Shown here: piece after piece, positions 34,545 through 47,740 of the stretch
Position numbering within the stretch: the first letter of the stretch is position 1
Layout: every line of letters starts with the position of its first letter
NCBI GenBank assembly: GCA_002269645.1
Contig: NIVC01001079.1
Coordinates: forward strand, 186,001-250,000
Direction: 5' to 3'
From: Macrostomum lignano
Lineage: Eukaryota
DNA: 64,000 nt
Translations under genes and position numbers: made by a program
The notes under the pieces: model-generated
Databases searched by the model: none
Seen by the model: the letters and a program-made list of their open reading frames with translations, nothing else
Told to the model about the DNA's origin: nothing

Positions 34545-36141
34545 AAATAATTTTTTATAGCCTTCTCTGGTAACGTTAAGCCATGACAGTACAGTAAGGA
34601 ATTCAACTACTGTCCTACTACGAGCTATCTGATTGCGACTTGAGAGTATTCTGTCCCCCCACAATGACAAACTGACCTTCCAAGCACTTGAACTGATGAG
34701 TCAGCAGATTTGTCTGTCTTGTGTGTCTGACCATACGCTCGTATATATTCTATATGTACTAATATACATTATAAACTCTAATTCTAAATTCTAGTATATT
34801 ATATATAGTCGAATAGTTTTCCCATAAAAGTTTGAACGCTGACTTGCAAGCAGCCTACTAGGAGTTATCGTACATTGAGAGAGGGCCACCGTTCTACACC
34901 CACCCCAAAACTGAGCACGCGGGCCAATGAGAATTCTCCCACGGTGAGTTAGGCAAGTTAACCCCTCCCTTTGATTAATGAGCCTCTCGCTTTTTGATTC
35001 AACGACGGCCACCACCCACGGTGTAAGTTAATTTGTGGCTTTATTCACCAGTATCAAGGAGCTTATATAAAGAGCTGGAAAGAAAATTCTATCCTTGTCT
35101 CATTTTAAGCATAGGCCTGCATAGAGTATAAATATTTGAGCGCAAGCTTAACGGCTATACTTGGTTATTTTTAATTTGTCTTTAAATACAGGTAAGTTCA
35201 AGGAATCGAATAATTTTAAAGCGAAAATGCCACTGTTTGAATAATTCTTAGTAAAATTCAGTTTTGCTGCAAGCGCACGATATCAAGTTTTTTCAATGGA
35301 ATATATTAGATTAATCTTTTAACGAGCGTCATAAGACTTGGCGCCACGTTTTTTTGATTGTGATTTTCGCTTGCACAAATTGTGGATGGCATTTTGAACT
35401 TTAAAATTGTTCGACTTCCTAGAGTCTTACTCTGATAATACGCTTCATAATAACCAATATTTGCTTAGTTATAAGCATATATAGTGAGTTTTAAGCTATG
35501 CGCATTTAGTTATAACAGACTTAGACATTTATTATAGGTGGATATTTACAGTTCATAATAAGCTATATATATATATTTAGTAATAAGCTATATATAGTTA
35601 TTTCTGTCATATCTGTTATCTATCCTAGTGTCTATCTTAGTGTCTGTCCCAATGTCTTTCTTAGTGTCTGTCTTACTCCACTTCTCTCCCGTTGTCTCTC
35701 CTCTGCTCTCTCTCCCGTCTTCTTTCCTCTCTTAGTACTCTCATGGCTGTTCTCATGCTTTGATCATGTCTTCTTTCTTGCCAATTTGCAGTCCTGAAAG
35801 GAATTTGTGTATTTTCATCTCCACTGCAGTCTGCAGCAGTTTAACAACAAAGGAAATACGCATTTCTTAGGAGGAAATTTAAAATTCAAAGTACTTTTAA
35901 GAGAAACCTAAAATTTCCATGGTGTGACTAATTTAGTAGGGTTGTATTGCATTGCATCGCCTTTTCATAAATCTTTCGCTTTTACAAACCATGCTGAATT
36001 CCCTCGATTTGCCATCCACTGTTAAACTGCTGCAGAGTTTGCCAATACAGAGGACAGTGGTTAGAATTTCTCACTAAACTGTCATGGCTAAACGTAGCCT
36101 TTCCACGCGCGGGGTACACAGAAGGCTATTAAAAAGTTATT
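34545..36141. mobile_element. Old ~1.6-kb element with diverged terminal inverted repeats
   Basis: aataattttttatagccttctctg...cgttaagccatgacagtacagtaaggaattcaactactgtcct (34545-34620) is an imperfect inverse of 36050-36141. Confidence 0.5.
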
Positions 36142-37049
36142 CTAAAACACGGTACATTTGCTATGTACATTCAGCCCTATCGCCTGACCCTTCGTCTGGG
36201 CTGGGGGAATGAGTGAGTGAGTGGCAAAAACAACAGAAAAAGCAGACAAACTTCACATGCTTACAGTTTCTTTTTCGGTTGAGTTACAGAGTTGAAACTT
36301 CCTATTTCAACTTGAAATTAAAACTTAAATATTGAAACTAATCAATCAGCAGCCCTAAGAGGAATTTGTGTATCTCCAGCTCCATCACAGTCTGCGGCAG
36401 TGTAACAACCAAGGAAACATGCATTTTTAGGAGGCCATTTAGATTTAAAAAATTACCTTATGCGAATCTTAATGTTAAAATCTTCATGGCGTAACTAATT
36501 TAGTAGGATTACATAGCCATCCACTTTTCTCTTTCCCACCGTTTCTAGTGCTCCCAAAGCACACAAATTTTTCCTATACACAAGCAATATACTGAACACA
36601 GACCTTTAAATCCAGGAGGTTCACCCTGAGTATCTGAGTGACCTGCGAGACAACTAGGAAGAGTAGGCTACTAAAATTAGTATGAGGAGGACATGTGCAC
36701 TATGGTTTCTAGACATACACTAGCATCATGTTTTAAGTGACGCAATTCATCATTATGGTTTCAAGATGGTGCGAAAAATGGTTTTTTTCACTCAACTCTG
36801 GTTTCTTTTCCAGATGGATCAGGATCAGGATCAAGTGCCACCGCCGCCGGCGCCACCACCGCCGGCGCCACCGCCACCACCACCGGCGCCACCGCCACCA
36901 CCGCCGCCGCTGGCTCAGCGCCGCCGCATTCGGCGCCTCCGCAGCAGCGGCCTGCGGCTTTAAAAACTTTGCGTAAAATTGTAAAATTGTGTAAAATTGC
37001 GCTGGGTGGGCTGGGCTATCTGATTGTGGGGAGAGTTTTCGGAATTTTT

Positions 37050-37290
37050 TAACATTTTAACAGACTGACAGGCAGGCGAACCGATACAGACATACATACA
37101 GACACAGACAGACAGACAGACAGGCCGAGAGACAGGCAGACATACAGAAGGACAGACAGACATACAGAAGGAGAGACAGGCAGACAGACCGATACAGACA
37201 GACATACAGAAGGACAGACAGACTGACAGGCAGGCGAACCGATACAGACATACATACAGACACACAGAAGGACAGACAGACAGACAATTC
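37050..37290. repeat. Degenerate (CAGA)n microsatellite
   Basis: Directly visible. Confidence 0.85.
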
Positions 37291-37833
37291 CGAGAACTTT
37301 CCCTACAATCAGATATGAACCCTCGGGGCGAAATGGTTTGAAGTGCTTGTTCTTTGTTGTTTTGTTTAGTTTTGCATTAAGTAAAATGGTTCGCCCCGAG
37401 GGTTCTTACCCAGCCCCCTTTTTGGATTAAAAATCTTTGCCTTCAATTTCTTCCTTATTTATTGATCATACCATAGTATAAGCTTGGCAAGTTGTAATCA
37501 GTAAAAAAGCATTGCACACTGTTACGATTTACATTAAAAAAATATTACTTAGGACTGCTGTTCAATGCAACCAATTAAGTTCAATTCCAGCCCCCCAGCA
37601 GCCTTGGTTTGGCCACTCGGCTACGTTCTGATACTTGGCGGCACTGCATCCTACCATCCTACGAGTTATTGCATCCTACTACAACAGATAAGTACATTCC
37701 ATCCACAATTGACTCGTTCGTCTTAAGCAAATACCCTCCAGAATCCACCCTGGGTCTTTACCCTCCAGAATCTTCAGCAATATGTAACGAAGACAAAACT
37801 AACCAGTTAAAAACATTTTGCACTCTCACTCAG

Positions 37834-37996
37834 ATTCTGCCCGATCGCTACGAGGGCTTCGAGCGCGCTCTGCCGTTGCCGGAGCTCTGGGCTGCCGGCT
37901 TTTTAATCTAGCCGGACCTGGGGCCCAGGATATTCAACGCCTATGGCCTGGCCGCTGCGATGCCATAGGGGCACCACAAATCTGCACCTGGATACC
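37834..37996 (+). pseudogene. Degenerate fragment of a KDM3/JMJD1-type JmjC histone demethylase domain
   Basis: After acceptor ctcactcag| it reads ILPDRYEGFERALPLPEL..GF, TAG (37909-37911), PDLGPRIFNAYGL, then a frameshift to GTTNLHLD (37970-37993). KDM3 reads MPSRFDDLM..IPLPEY...PDLGPKMYNAYG...GTTNLHLD. Confidence 0.8.
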
Positions 37997-38654
37997 TGGA
38001 TACTTTTGTCACCATAGCAAAACGAGTTGAAAGTGAGAAGCATATGAATGCTTATTTAAAACCAGTTTAATTATTGGTTTAGTAACTTTAGTTCAGTGAA
38101 AACAGAATTAACTGACTAACATTGACAATTTTAATATCTTCGCTATAGCAACCATAAAGCTCTCTAGTCATGCTACGCTATAAATTTACACTGAATGTTG
38201 ACTGTTTACATACGTTACCAATTAATGAGCAATTAACTGATATCCACAGTCACTTATTACTCTGTATCCATGACAATACCTGTAAACTATTTTTTACTAC
38301 TTAAATCCATCACAATAGTAATCAATATTTTATTGCCTAATAACTGAGATATCTTTTAATTCCATAATGTCAAATCCTATTTTACAATTCAATACATATC
38401 AGTTTTCAAATATCAATTCTCTACTTTTATTCGATTTATTTTATACTGTACTTCGATTTATTTATATTGATGCACTGCTTTATTACTCGCACACCATTAT
38501 ATACAAACTGTAACCAATACTGTAAAAATATTTGAAATATAATAATACATAGTGGCGTAAGAGCCGGCCAAGCTGAAGCGCCGGGCATCCTATATATCCT
38601 AAAAATGAGTTGCCTGTCGGTATTCTTTTCTAAGGCCAAAATACCAGTGCTTAC

Positions 38655-39297
38655 TTTTAGTGCTAAAATGAGTGCCTGCGGTGCTAAAATGAGTGCCTGT
38701 GGCGCTAAAATGAGTGCCTGCAGCGCTAAAATGAGTGCCTGCAGCGCTAAAATGAGTGCCTGCAGCGCTAAAATGAGTGCCTGCGGCGCTAAAATGAGTG
38801 CCTGCAGCGCTAAAATGAGTGCCTGCAGCGCTAAAATGAGTGCCTGCGGTGCTAAAATGAGTGCCTGTGGCGCTAAAATGAGTGCCTGTGGCGCTAAAAT
38901 GAGTGCCTGCGGTGCTAAAATGAGTGCCTGTGGCGCTAAAATGAGTGCCTGTGGCGCTAAAATGAGTGCCTGCGGTGCTAAAATGAGTGCCTGTGGCGCT
39001 AAAATGAGTGTCTGCGGCGCTAAAATGAGTGCCTGCGGTGCTAAAATGAGTGCCTGTGGCGCTAAAATGAGTGCCTGCAGCGCTAAAATGAGTGCCTGCA
39101 GCGCTAAAATGAGTGCCTGCGGTGCTAAAATGAGTGACTGCGGCGCTAAAATGAGTGCCTGTGGTGCTAAAATGAGTGCCTGCGGCGCTAAAATGAGTGC
39201 CTGCGGCGCTAAAATGAGTGCCTGCGGTGCTAAAATGAGTGCCTGCGGCGCTAAAATGAGTGCCTGTGGTGCTAAAATGAGTGCCTGCGGCGCTAAA
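38655..39297. repeat. 21-bp minisatellite (gctaaaatgagtgcctgcggc), ~30 copies
   Basis: Directly visible. The AKMSACG/ALILAPQ ORFs are repeat translations. Confidence 0.95.
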
Positions 39298-40003
39298 ACT
39301 GATTTTGTTGCATTCGGGAATACAACAAATGGCATACTGAAAACATTAAAAAACCTTGCTGCAGTCACTTACATGTACTTACCTAACGATTGCTGTAGTA
39401 ACTGTATACCACCTGACTGGGACAGAACTTCAGAACATACCAGATTGGGGAATTAGAGATATGCGCAGTCTAGATGTATCTACAATTTGTAAAACCTTGC
39501 TACGAACATGTACTTCAGGAATACTAACGTACTCATTCCTTGCCGCCGTTATTTAGACTAGCATGCCTTTGCAATAAACAACACAGTCTAGACGGACTGC
39601 AGAAAGTGCATAAATACTTAAATTGGTTTTCCGTTAAACTTGCTTTCGAGTTTATCGAGTTTATTCGAGTTCAAAATGGTTTTCGAGGTTGTGAAATTTC
39701 GAGTTTATGAAAATAACTGGTTTCGATGTGAAATTTCGAGCTTGTGAAAGCAACCCACGATACATTGATCTGTGAATACAATCAATACATTAAATAAAAG
39801 CAGTCAGATTCAGAGATCCTGTAATTGTTTTAGAGGCTGATTTCCGTGAAAATACACTGGAGAATATATCATTAACAAAATATATTACCCAAAGCATTTC
39901 ATTCTGAAGGATGAAGACTACCATTATTTTAATATAGCGTGCACAACATGTTACTCTACTTTATTTTATATGCTAATAGTTGCGCGTTAATAAGTTTCAT
40001 CAT

Positions 40004-42863
40004 CCTAGTTTTCATTTTTAATACACTTATGAATTTTTTTACTGTTGTGTCCCCTCTTCACACTTTATATGCTACATTATATGTATACTTGTTTCAAGAC
40101 AAAGCAAAACAAAATATTTCGGCTACTGATACTAATGTCACTAGTGAGTATTTATAACCTTTGGCTTGTAAAAATCTAAAAAAGAATTATATCTAAATTA
40201 TATAATCTATATTAGGCAAAAACTTTTTAAACCCAACAGGCAACATACATGTATATAATACAACAGACTGACATGCTTTGCATCCTAAATTAAAAGAATG
40301 GTAGTATTCATTAACCGAGATCAAATGCTATCGCTTGATTTTGTGATGCAAAAATGACGCTTTTCCTGTCTCCGCATCCGCACTGTTATTTTTGATGGAT
40401 ATTAGCCTCCAAAAATTATAAAATTGCACGGCGAATGCCGCGAATGTACTGCCTGAGGTCTTGAGAAAGTGTCTGAATAATTTTACTTTACTCTAGAACT
40501 GTATTAAATGCATGACAATTCATAATAACAATTAGGCTGCATTCTCATATGAACTTTAAAAATCATAAATTTACGATACATTAAATAAAAAGTAACTGAG
40601 TTCTTGTTGTCAACAGCTACGGAAAACATTAACAAAACTGAACTTACCTTTCGATTTTTTTACTCGTCCATGATAAAAGCAGGGGAGTTTTTAAGTTTTA
40701 TTGCAATACATATAACATTTAAGACTTTTTTACCAGAAAAAATGTATCTAAGGTGGCACAACAGTTGAACTTTCAAATATGGATTCTTTTTTTAATAATT
40801 ACGATACGTCGAAACGGTACCGGTATAATTGATCTTCGACTTCAATGACAATAAATATGACAGGAACTAAATGTGCTTCACCCGAAGTGTTACAAAAGAT
40901 TACTAAGTGTTCAATATTAGCACTGCTAGACTCAAACCGTGCCAAAACAAAAACAAACCAAAAAAACACAGACCATGAGTGATGAGTGCATGACTTCATG
41001 AGAGTTACTTAACTTTAGGCCTGCAACTGCCACATTAATGGACTGCCACATCGCTAACTTGCAGGCGGTTGAGCTTGCTGCTGATATTGGCAGCAGTGTG
41101 AGCTGTGAGCGCGTGCATGCAAGGAGCCTACCTAGTTTTCATTTTTAATACACTTATGAATTTTTTTACTGTTGTGTCCCTTCTTCACACTTTATATGCT
41201 ACATTATATATATACTTGTTTCAAGACAAAGCAAAACAAAATATTTCGGCTACTGATACTAATGTCACTAGTGAGTATTTATAACCTTTGGCTTGTAAAA
41301 ATTTAAAAAAGAATTATATCTAAATTATATTCAGATTAAATCTAAATATAATCTATATTAGGCAAAAACTTTTTAAACCCAACAGGCAACATACATGTAT
41401 ATAATACAACAGACTGACATGCTTTGCATCCTAAATTAAAAGAATGGTAGTATTCATTAACCGAGATCAAATGCTATCGCTTGATTTTGTGATGCAAAAA
41501 TGACGCTTTTCCTGTCTCCCAGGTTGCGGATGGTATGCATGTACGCCGGAACTTATCCGGCGTACAAAACGGCCACCCTAAGTCCTTGGCGTACACAAAC
41601 GGCGTACACAACCCCTGGCGCACTTTGTTGGCGTACACTATTGGCGTACACAAGTAACACAGCCACGCATACTTTTTTGGCGTACAAATTTTGGTGAATA
41701 AATTCATGCCGTGCATGAAAATTGTAAAGTAAATTAACCTTTTTACGTAAAGTAAAGGAAAATTTATATCGTCAATGATAAACTTTTTGCTTATTTTAAG
41801 TTAAAAAAAATTAAATTAGTGTAAAATTTTGCTGTAAGTATTAATTTTTCATAATTTTTTTTGTAGGTATTATTTAAGTTTGTTTAAACTGAAAAAATTC
41901 GTAATATTTTAAAGACACTTTTCATACCAAAGCATTTCCTAGAAAACTCTACTCGTGAAAACCGAATGACCTTTTTTTAGGAATTTTTGGTGTACATTTT
42001 AGTGCAACTTTTTGTTTTTGGCGTACACTGGCGTAAAAAGTCCTTGACGCCCGAATTTTTTCCGGCGTACACGGGTACATGATCCGCACACTGGCCTGTC
42101 TCCGCATCCGCACTGTTATTTTTGATGGATATTAGCCTCCAAAAATTATAAAATTGCACGGCGAATGCCGCGAATGTACTGCCTGAGGTCTTGAGAAAGT
42201 GTCTGAATAATTTTACTTTACTCTAGAACTGTATTAAATGCATGACAATTCATAATAACAATTAGGCTGCATTCTCATATGAACTTTAAAAATCATAAAT
42301 TTACGATACATTAAATAAAAAGTAACTGAGTTCTTGTTGTCAACAGCTACGGAAAACATTAACAAAACTGAACTTACCTTTCGATTTTTTTACTCGTCCA
42401 TGATAAAAGCAGGGGAGTTTTTAAGTTTTATTGCAATACATATAACATTTAAGACTTTTTTACCAGAAAAAATGTATCTAAGGTGGCACAACAGTTGAAC
42501 TTTCAAATATGGATTCTTTTTTTAATAATTACGATACGTCGAAACGGTACCGGTATAATTGATCTTCGACTTCAATGACAATAAATATGACAGGAACTAA
42601 ATGTGCTTCACCCGAAGTGTTACAAAAGATTACTAAGTGTTCAATATTAGCACTGCTAGACTCAAACCGTGCCAAAACAAAAACAAACCAAAAAAACACA
42701 GACCATGAGTGATGAGTGCATGACTTCATGAGAGTTACTTAACTTTAGGCCTGCAACTGCCACATTAATGGACTGCCACATCGCTAACTTGCAGGCGGTT
42801 GAGCTTGCTGCTGATATTGGCAGCAGTGTGAGCTGTGAGCGCGTGCATGCAAGGAGCCTACCT
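40004..42863. repeat. Tandem segmental duplication of ~1.13 kb (copy 1 40004-41130; copy 2 41131-42863 with an insertion)
   Basis: Near-identical sequence, including the duplicated ORFs 40799-40999 and 42529-42729. cct microhomology at the junctions. Confidence 0.92.
41519..42094. mobile_element. 576-bp non-autonomous DNA transposon with 8-bp TSD (hAT/P-like)
   Basis: cctgtctc|ccaggttgcggat...atccgcacactgg|cctgtctc. The empty site cctgtctccgcatccg is present in duplicate copy 1 (~40365). Many subterminal ggcgtacac motifs. Confidence 0.9.
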
Positions 42864-43274
42864 GTGCTGTGCATCTTAGTATTAGGGCTATTGGCTAACC
42901 CGATAATATATCAATTTGGCTTATGAGTGGCTCTCCAATGCATTATCACCAGCTTAATCACTTAAATTCTACAAACCCAAAATGAGCTACTGATTTAAAG
43001 TACTATGATTACAGACGAAGTATGAATGCTAATACTAAATTTTAAAAAATCATTTCCACCGTTTTTATTTATGTTCGAATAAATAATACTTTTTACTCTT
43101 TCAATACTACTTTTCTAATCCGCGTATTTTCATCGCTTAAACTTAATAATCCTCTAATTTTAATAGTAATAATCCTTACCATAATTTAATGTTGTTCACT
43201 TAAATTCTAATTTTTGGTCTTCTGCCTGTTCTGCTTTTTTTACACCCACAATACTTACATCAAGAAAATATTTT

Positions 43275-43346
43275 GTCTAGCAAGATTCGAACCTCAAACC
43301 TTCCAATTTCAAGTCAGGCGCACTGGCCACTCGACCAATTTTTAGC
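43275..43346 (-). other. tRNA-derived sequence (SINE head or tRNA pseudogene)
   Basis: Minus strand has an A box (tggtcgagtgg) and a B box (ggttcgaatc) at tRNA spacing, but the acceptor stem pairs poorly. Confidence 0.5.
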
Positions 43347-43778
43347 GGTGTCTATTTTTAGCACTCAGAATTCCCAGACTTCTCATTCCCGTCCGCGGGT
43401 GCACTCGACCCCAGCCTACACGGACCAATAGCAGCGTTCCTTGGCATATCTAGCGTACTATCACTGTGCGCACTGTGTGGACTCTCTAGGCTAGCCTGTG
43501 TGGGTCCACACGTGGACTCACTGGCTAGCCAGGTATTTTTTGTGTAGTGGATTGTCTGGCTAGCCCACGGCCGTTAGGTGATGCCAGGGTGAAAACTGTG
43601 AGAGCCTTTTGCTCATAGCTGTACAATGCCCATGCCGCAGCTAGTGTGTTCATCTTGCACAGTGAAATGAGTGAATAGTACGACTGACTTTGAGTTTCGG
43701 AAACCTCTCGCTCTTTCTATGCATTTTTGGCTCATGAAGAAGCTGATATTTAAATGAAGGAGGCTGCACGTTCTAATC

Positions 43779-44085
43779 GCTGAGATGTCAAGGCTTGTTG
43801 GGGGAATTGCAGAGATGTCAAGGCTTGTAGGGGGAATTGCAGAGATGTCAAGGCTTGTAGGGGGAATTGCAGAGATGTCAAGGCTTATTGGGGGAATTGC
43901 AGAGATGTCAAGGCTTATTGGGGGAATTGCAGAGATGTCAAGGCTTGTTGGGGGAATTGCAGAGATGTCAAGGCTTATTGGGGGAATCGCAGAGATGTCA
44001 AGGCTTATTGGGGGAATCGCAGAGATGTCAAGGCTTGTTGGGGGAATTGCAGAGATGTCAAGGCTTACGGGCGTAATTGCTTAGG
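43779..44085. repeat. 30-bp minisatellite (gagatgtcaaggcttattgggggaattgca), 10 copies
   Basis: Directly visible. Related degenerate units occur at ~57980-58100. Confidence 0.95.
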
Positions 44086-44559
44086 TGTCAAGAAAAATAG
44101 GATTCAAATAAGTAATTTTCTCCCGAACGGGGCACTAAATTGGTAGTTTCTATAAGACTGCACAACTGATTCGGAATGGTTTCTAATTAAAGAACCAATA
44201 TATTTGTCGTGCGCTTTCAAGTTGACTCAAGACAAGTCATTTTGAAGCTGCCCGACGTGATATTATACTGTGCTGAAACCTGCTCTGGGCTTCATTTAAT
44301 CATCTAGACTGCTCAGCCACTTGTTTGCTCTGGCCTGAAATAATTATTACTCCACGTTGGGTATTAATCCACTAATGCTTCATCCGTTGCTACAAATCGT
44401 GAAACTTCTGTCAGCACCAAATTCCCAATATGTCTGTCTACTTCTAAGCAAGCAAAATGCGGGTGAAGCTTCAGCAGCGCCTGTCTCTATTGTGTACTTT
44501 TTCTAGGTCAACTTTCTCTCGACTGTATTTAGTTTGTCTATGGCAAAAATCCCATTTGA

Positions 44560-44915
<356 letters not shown>

Positions 44916-45346
44916 AAGACGACTTAAGTACCATGGTGTTAGGAAGCACACTTTTACCTAAACCGTTTCCCTGTATCCCAATTTTTGTCTAGCTTTAGGT
45001 TTTTATTTTATCAATTCAAGCTCATACAACTATTGCTAAACAAATGAGGTATTACTGAAATACGAAAGTTTATTAAGCTAAAAAATCAAACAAATCAAGG
45101 TTGTAAAGATCTGTCCAAACCGAACCGAAGTTATGACTAATACTTTCTTGAAAGATGCCACATACTCGTAGTGTGTGTAAACTCGCTCAGCCTTCGTGTC
45201 TGTGCGTAAACCAACCCCACTCTACCGAGCCTATTCTCTCCATCGGTGTCTGACTCAGCAGCCTCCTCTCAAGCTATTCTCATTCTTCGAGCTAAAGAGA
45301 TAAAAACTGTTTGAGCACAAGCAGGTATAAAAATACCTTAGCCCAG

Positions 45347-46438
45347 GGTCATGCGGTCTGGCGTGCATCCAGCATTTTCAGCCGAGCAGAAACCTTAGAC
45401 GCTAATTACAAGCAGTGCACGTCAATGAACGACGAGGAGCTTCGCTATGGCATGCGGTGCCGCTACCTGCGAGACGAGCTGGTCGAACTGCCACCCGGCG
45501 GCCGGGTCATCCGCACGCTGGTCAGAAACGACGGCCTGAAGCACCGAAATGTCACGTGCGCCTTCATCGTGCGCAGCGACGGCGACCCTGGCGAGACGCA
45601 TCAGCCAGACGGTGTCGGCGGAGCCTCATTCAGCGGCATCCTCGTGGTGCGCTGCTTCGGCGTCTGCTGCGACAGCACGCTGACTGTGCGCCTGCGGCTC
45701 AGCGTCGCCGTCGGTGACACCACGGTGTGCAGCCGGGCTTGGATGGAGGGCGTCGAGGTAACCAGAATGCACTATTGCAATAATGCAGTTGCGGCCTGTA
45801 CATGCAATGCTCTGACAGGAATTTTACTATGTGGGCCGCGATAAAATGGTCCAAAACTTTGCGAAATCTATTATAAATCCCAGGAGATAAGAAGCGCAGC
45901 AGTTCATTGGAGGAGCTCGGGGTTGCTATCGCTGTCAGTCAGCTGTCACTGCAGAAGCCAAACTGGGTCAGTGTCGAATACACATCGCAACTCAGAGATT
46001 AGTATCTGATCTTCAGAATTCTTCTTAATTAATGATATCCCCAGCAACCCCACCAGAAACCTGTGAAGAAGTGCATTACTGCAAGTGCAAGAAGTCAGAG
46101 GAATGCTTTGCGAATGGCCCTCATGGCGTGACTCAGGCGACAAGTCTTTGTCCCAATCCGACTTCCCAAGTATTCTCGGACTGACTCCGCATTAGTCAGG
46201 CTAACCCAGATTAAATCCGGCCCCTCTGCCCTTCAAGATAACCGAGGAGGAGTCGGCCATCCGTTTCGCCGGAATTCTGCGTCTGGGCGACTTCGAGACC
46301 GGGGCGACTTCGGCGCAGCTGGTTGAAGTTCGCCTGCAGTTCGACATCAAAGCCGCCGCGCCCAGCTTCCTGCTGGTGCCGAGGGTGCCCACATTCCAAT
46401 GGACACTGCTCAATGACGAGGAGAAGCAGATGGTGGAG
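45347..46438 (+). CDS. Putative upstream exons of the BTB gene (~45347-45757 and 46210-46438)
   Basis: GC-rich open frames ending in donors gag|gtaacc and gag|gttggt. Exon connectivity is not fully resolved. Confidence 0.45.
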
Positions 46439-47110
46439 GTTGGTCGGCGGATTTCTAATGCCTTTTTAATATAGGAGTGAAATTGGTGCAATTGGGAACT
46501 GCAGCTCGTATGAAGGCAAGTGAGATTTGGGAGTGCGAACTTACCTGGGACTGAAGTTGATGAGGGAGTGTGAACTTGGAGAGTGAAGCAGTGGAGTGTG
46601 ACCTGTACACAGGAGTGGACTAACTGCTTTATAAATCCTATTCGGAACCATCAAAAACATTAATATACCACAGAATATGTATACTAAGCAACATTAAATA
46701 GTGGCCACCTTTGAGAGTGCGCAGTAGATTCCAGCTCAGTATTGACTTTTGAGTGATGCAACTGGCGCCACGCCACGCGATGCAGAGTTGGGGTGAGTGA
46801 GGAGGAATTGGGAAGAGTGGAGGGCGAAGATTGGATGGATTGAAGCTTCCGCCTGGTTTTCATTGTTTTTTCAAGCATTTTTAAATATCAAAATGGTTGC
46901 CCAGGTGATAGACGCTGGTCGAAAGACACTGCCTACTGGGGCAAAGGGTGGCGACTTTTCAATGTTGCTGAGTATATACTCCGTGTTCATATACAGTTTA
47001 GCATCGAAGCTGAAGAGCTATTTGTGCTTAATTTAAAATTCTCCCAGAATCGCGTGTCCCCATGCACCTGTAGAACTGTACAAATGGTGAGATGACAACT
47101 CAAATTACAG

Positions 47111-47740
47111 GTGAACTGCTCAGACGGAGCCCTGTGCGCTGAGCGCAGCCTACTGATGCGCGAGTCCTCTCTGTGGAAGAGCCGATTGTCCAACTCGGAC
47201 TCGAACTCCGTGGACTGCAGCGAGTTCAGCCAGTCCGACATGAAGGTGTTCCTGTTCTACCTGCAGACTCAGCTATTCTTCGACCTGGCCAGATTCGACA
47301 CCTTCAATTCGATGGCGCAGATTTCCGTGCGCTATTCCGTGTCGGGCATCGTCAAGCGCTGCGCGATGTTCGTCAACGACTGCGTCCTGCTGGCGGAGGC
47401 CGGCAACAGGCAGTCGGCTGGAGCCACCAGCGCCGCCACCGAGGCAACGGCGCCAAGCGGCGGCAGCCAGCAGTCCGTCAGCTCGAAGGTGCGCTGGACG
47501 CCCGACGATCTCGTTGCAATCTGGCGCACCACCGTGAGCTACCTGGGCGAGGACGGCCTTGGCAAGGTACTGATGCGTCTCATCAGCCAGTCGAGCTACT
47601 CGGAGATTGTCAATTTGAGCAGCTTCCAGCAGCTGGATGCGTTGACTAAGAGTCAGTTCTATCATCAGTTCCTGCTGTGCAAGGAGAGCAGCCGCGGCAT
47701 GGCGACCGGAGGAGCTCCGGCTGCCGCCCCTATTTCTTAG
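47111..47740 (+). CDS. BTB/POZ domain protein, terminal exon
   Basis: Acceptor ttacag|47111. VNCSDGALCAERSLLMRESSLWKSRL...VDCSEFSQSDMKVFLFYLQT fits the BTB pattern (CSDG...AHR.VL...S..F......I...DF....M..FL.YLYT). Confidence 0.7.
   Translation: MNCSDGALCAERSLLMRESSLWKSRLSNSDSNSVDCSEFSQSDMKVFLFYLQTQLFFDLARFDTFNSMAQISVRYSVSGIVKRCAMFVNDCVLLAEAGNRQSAGATSAATEATAPSGGSQQSVSSKVRWTPDDLVAIWRTTVSYLGEDGLGKVLMRLISQSSYSEIVNLSSFQQLDALTKSQFYHQFLLCKESSRGMATGGAPAAAPIS

Noticed and set aside
38436-39456. 310-aa and 283-aa ORFs
   Set aside because: They are translations of the 21-bp repeat.
40799-40999. 66-aa ORF present twice (also 42529-42729)
   Set aside because: Its identity reflects the tandem duplication, not conservation, and no domain is recognisable.
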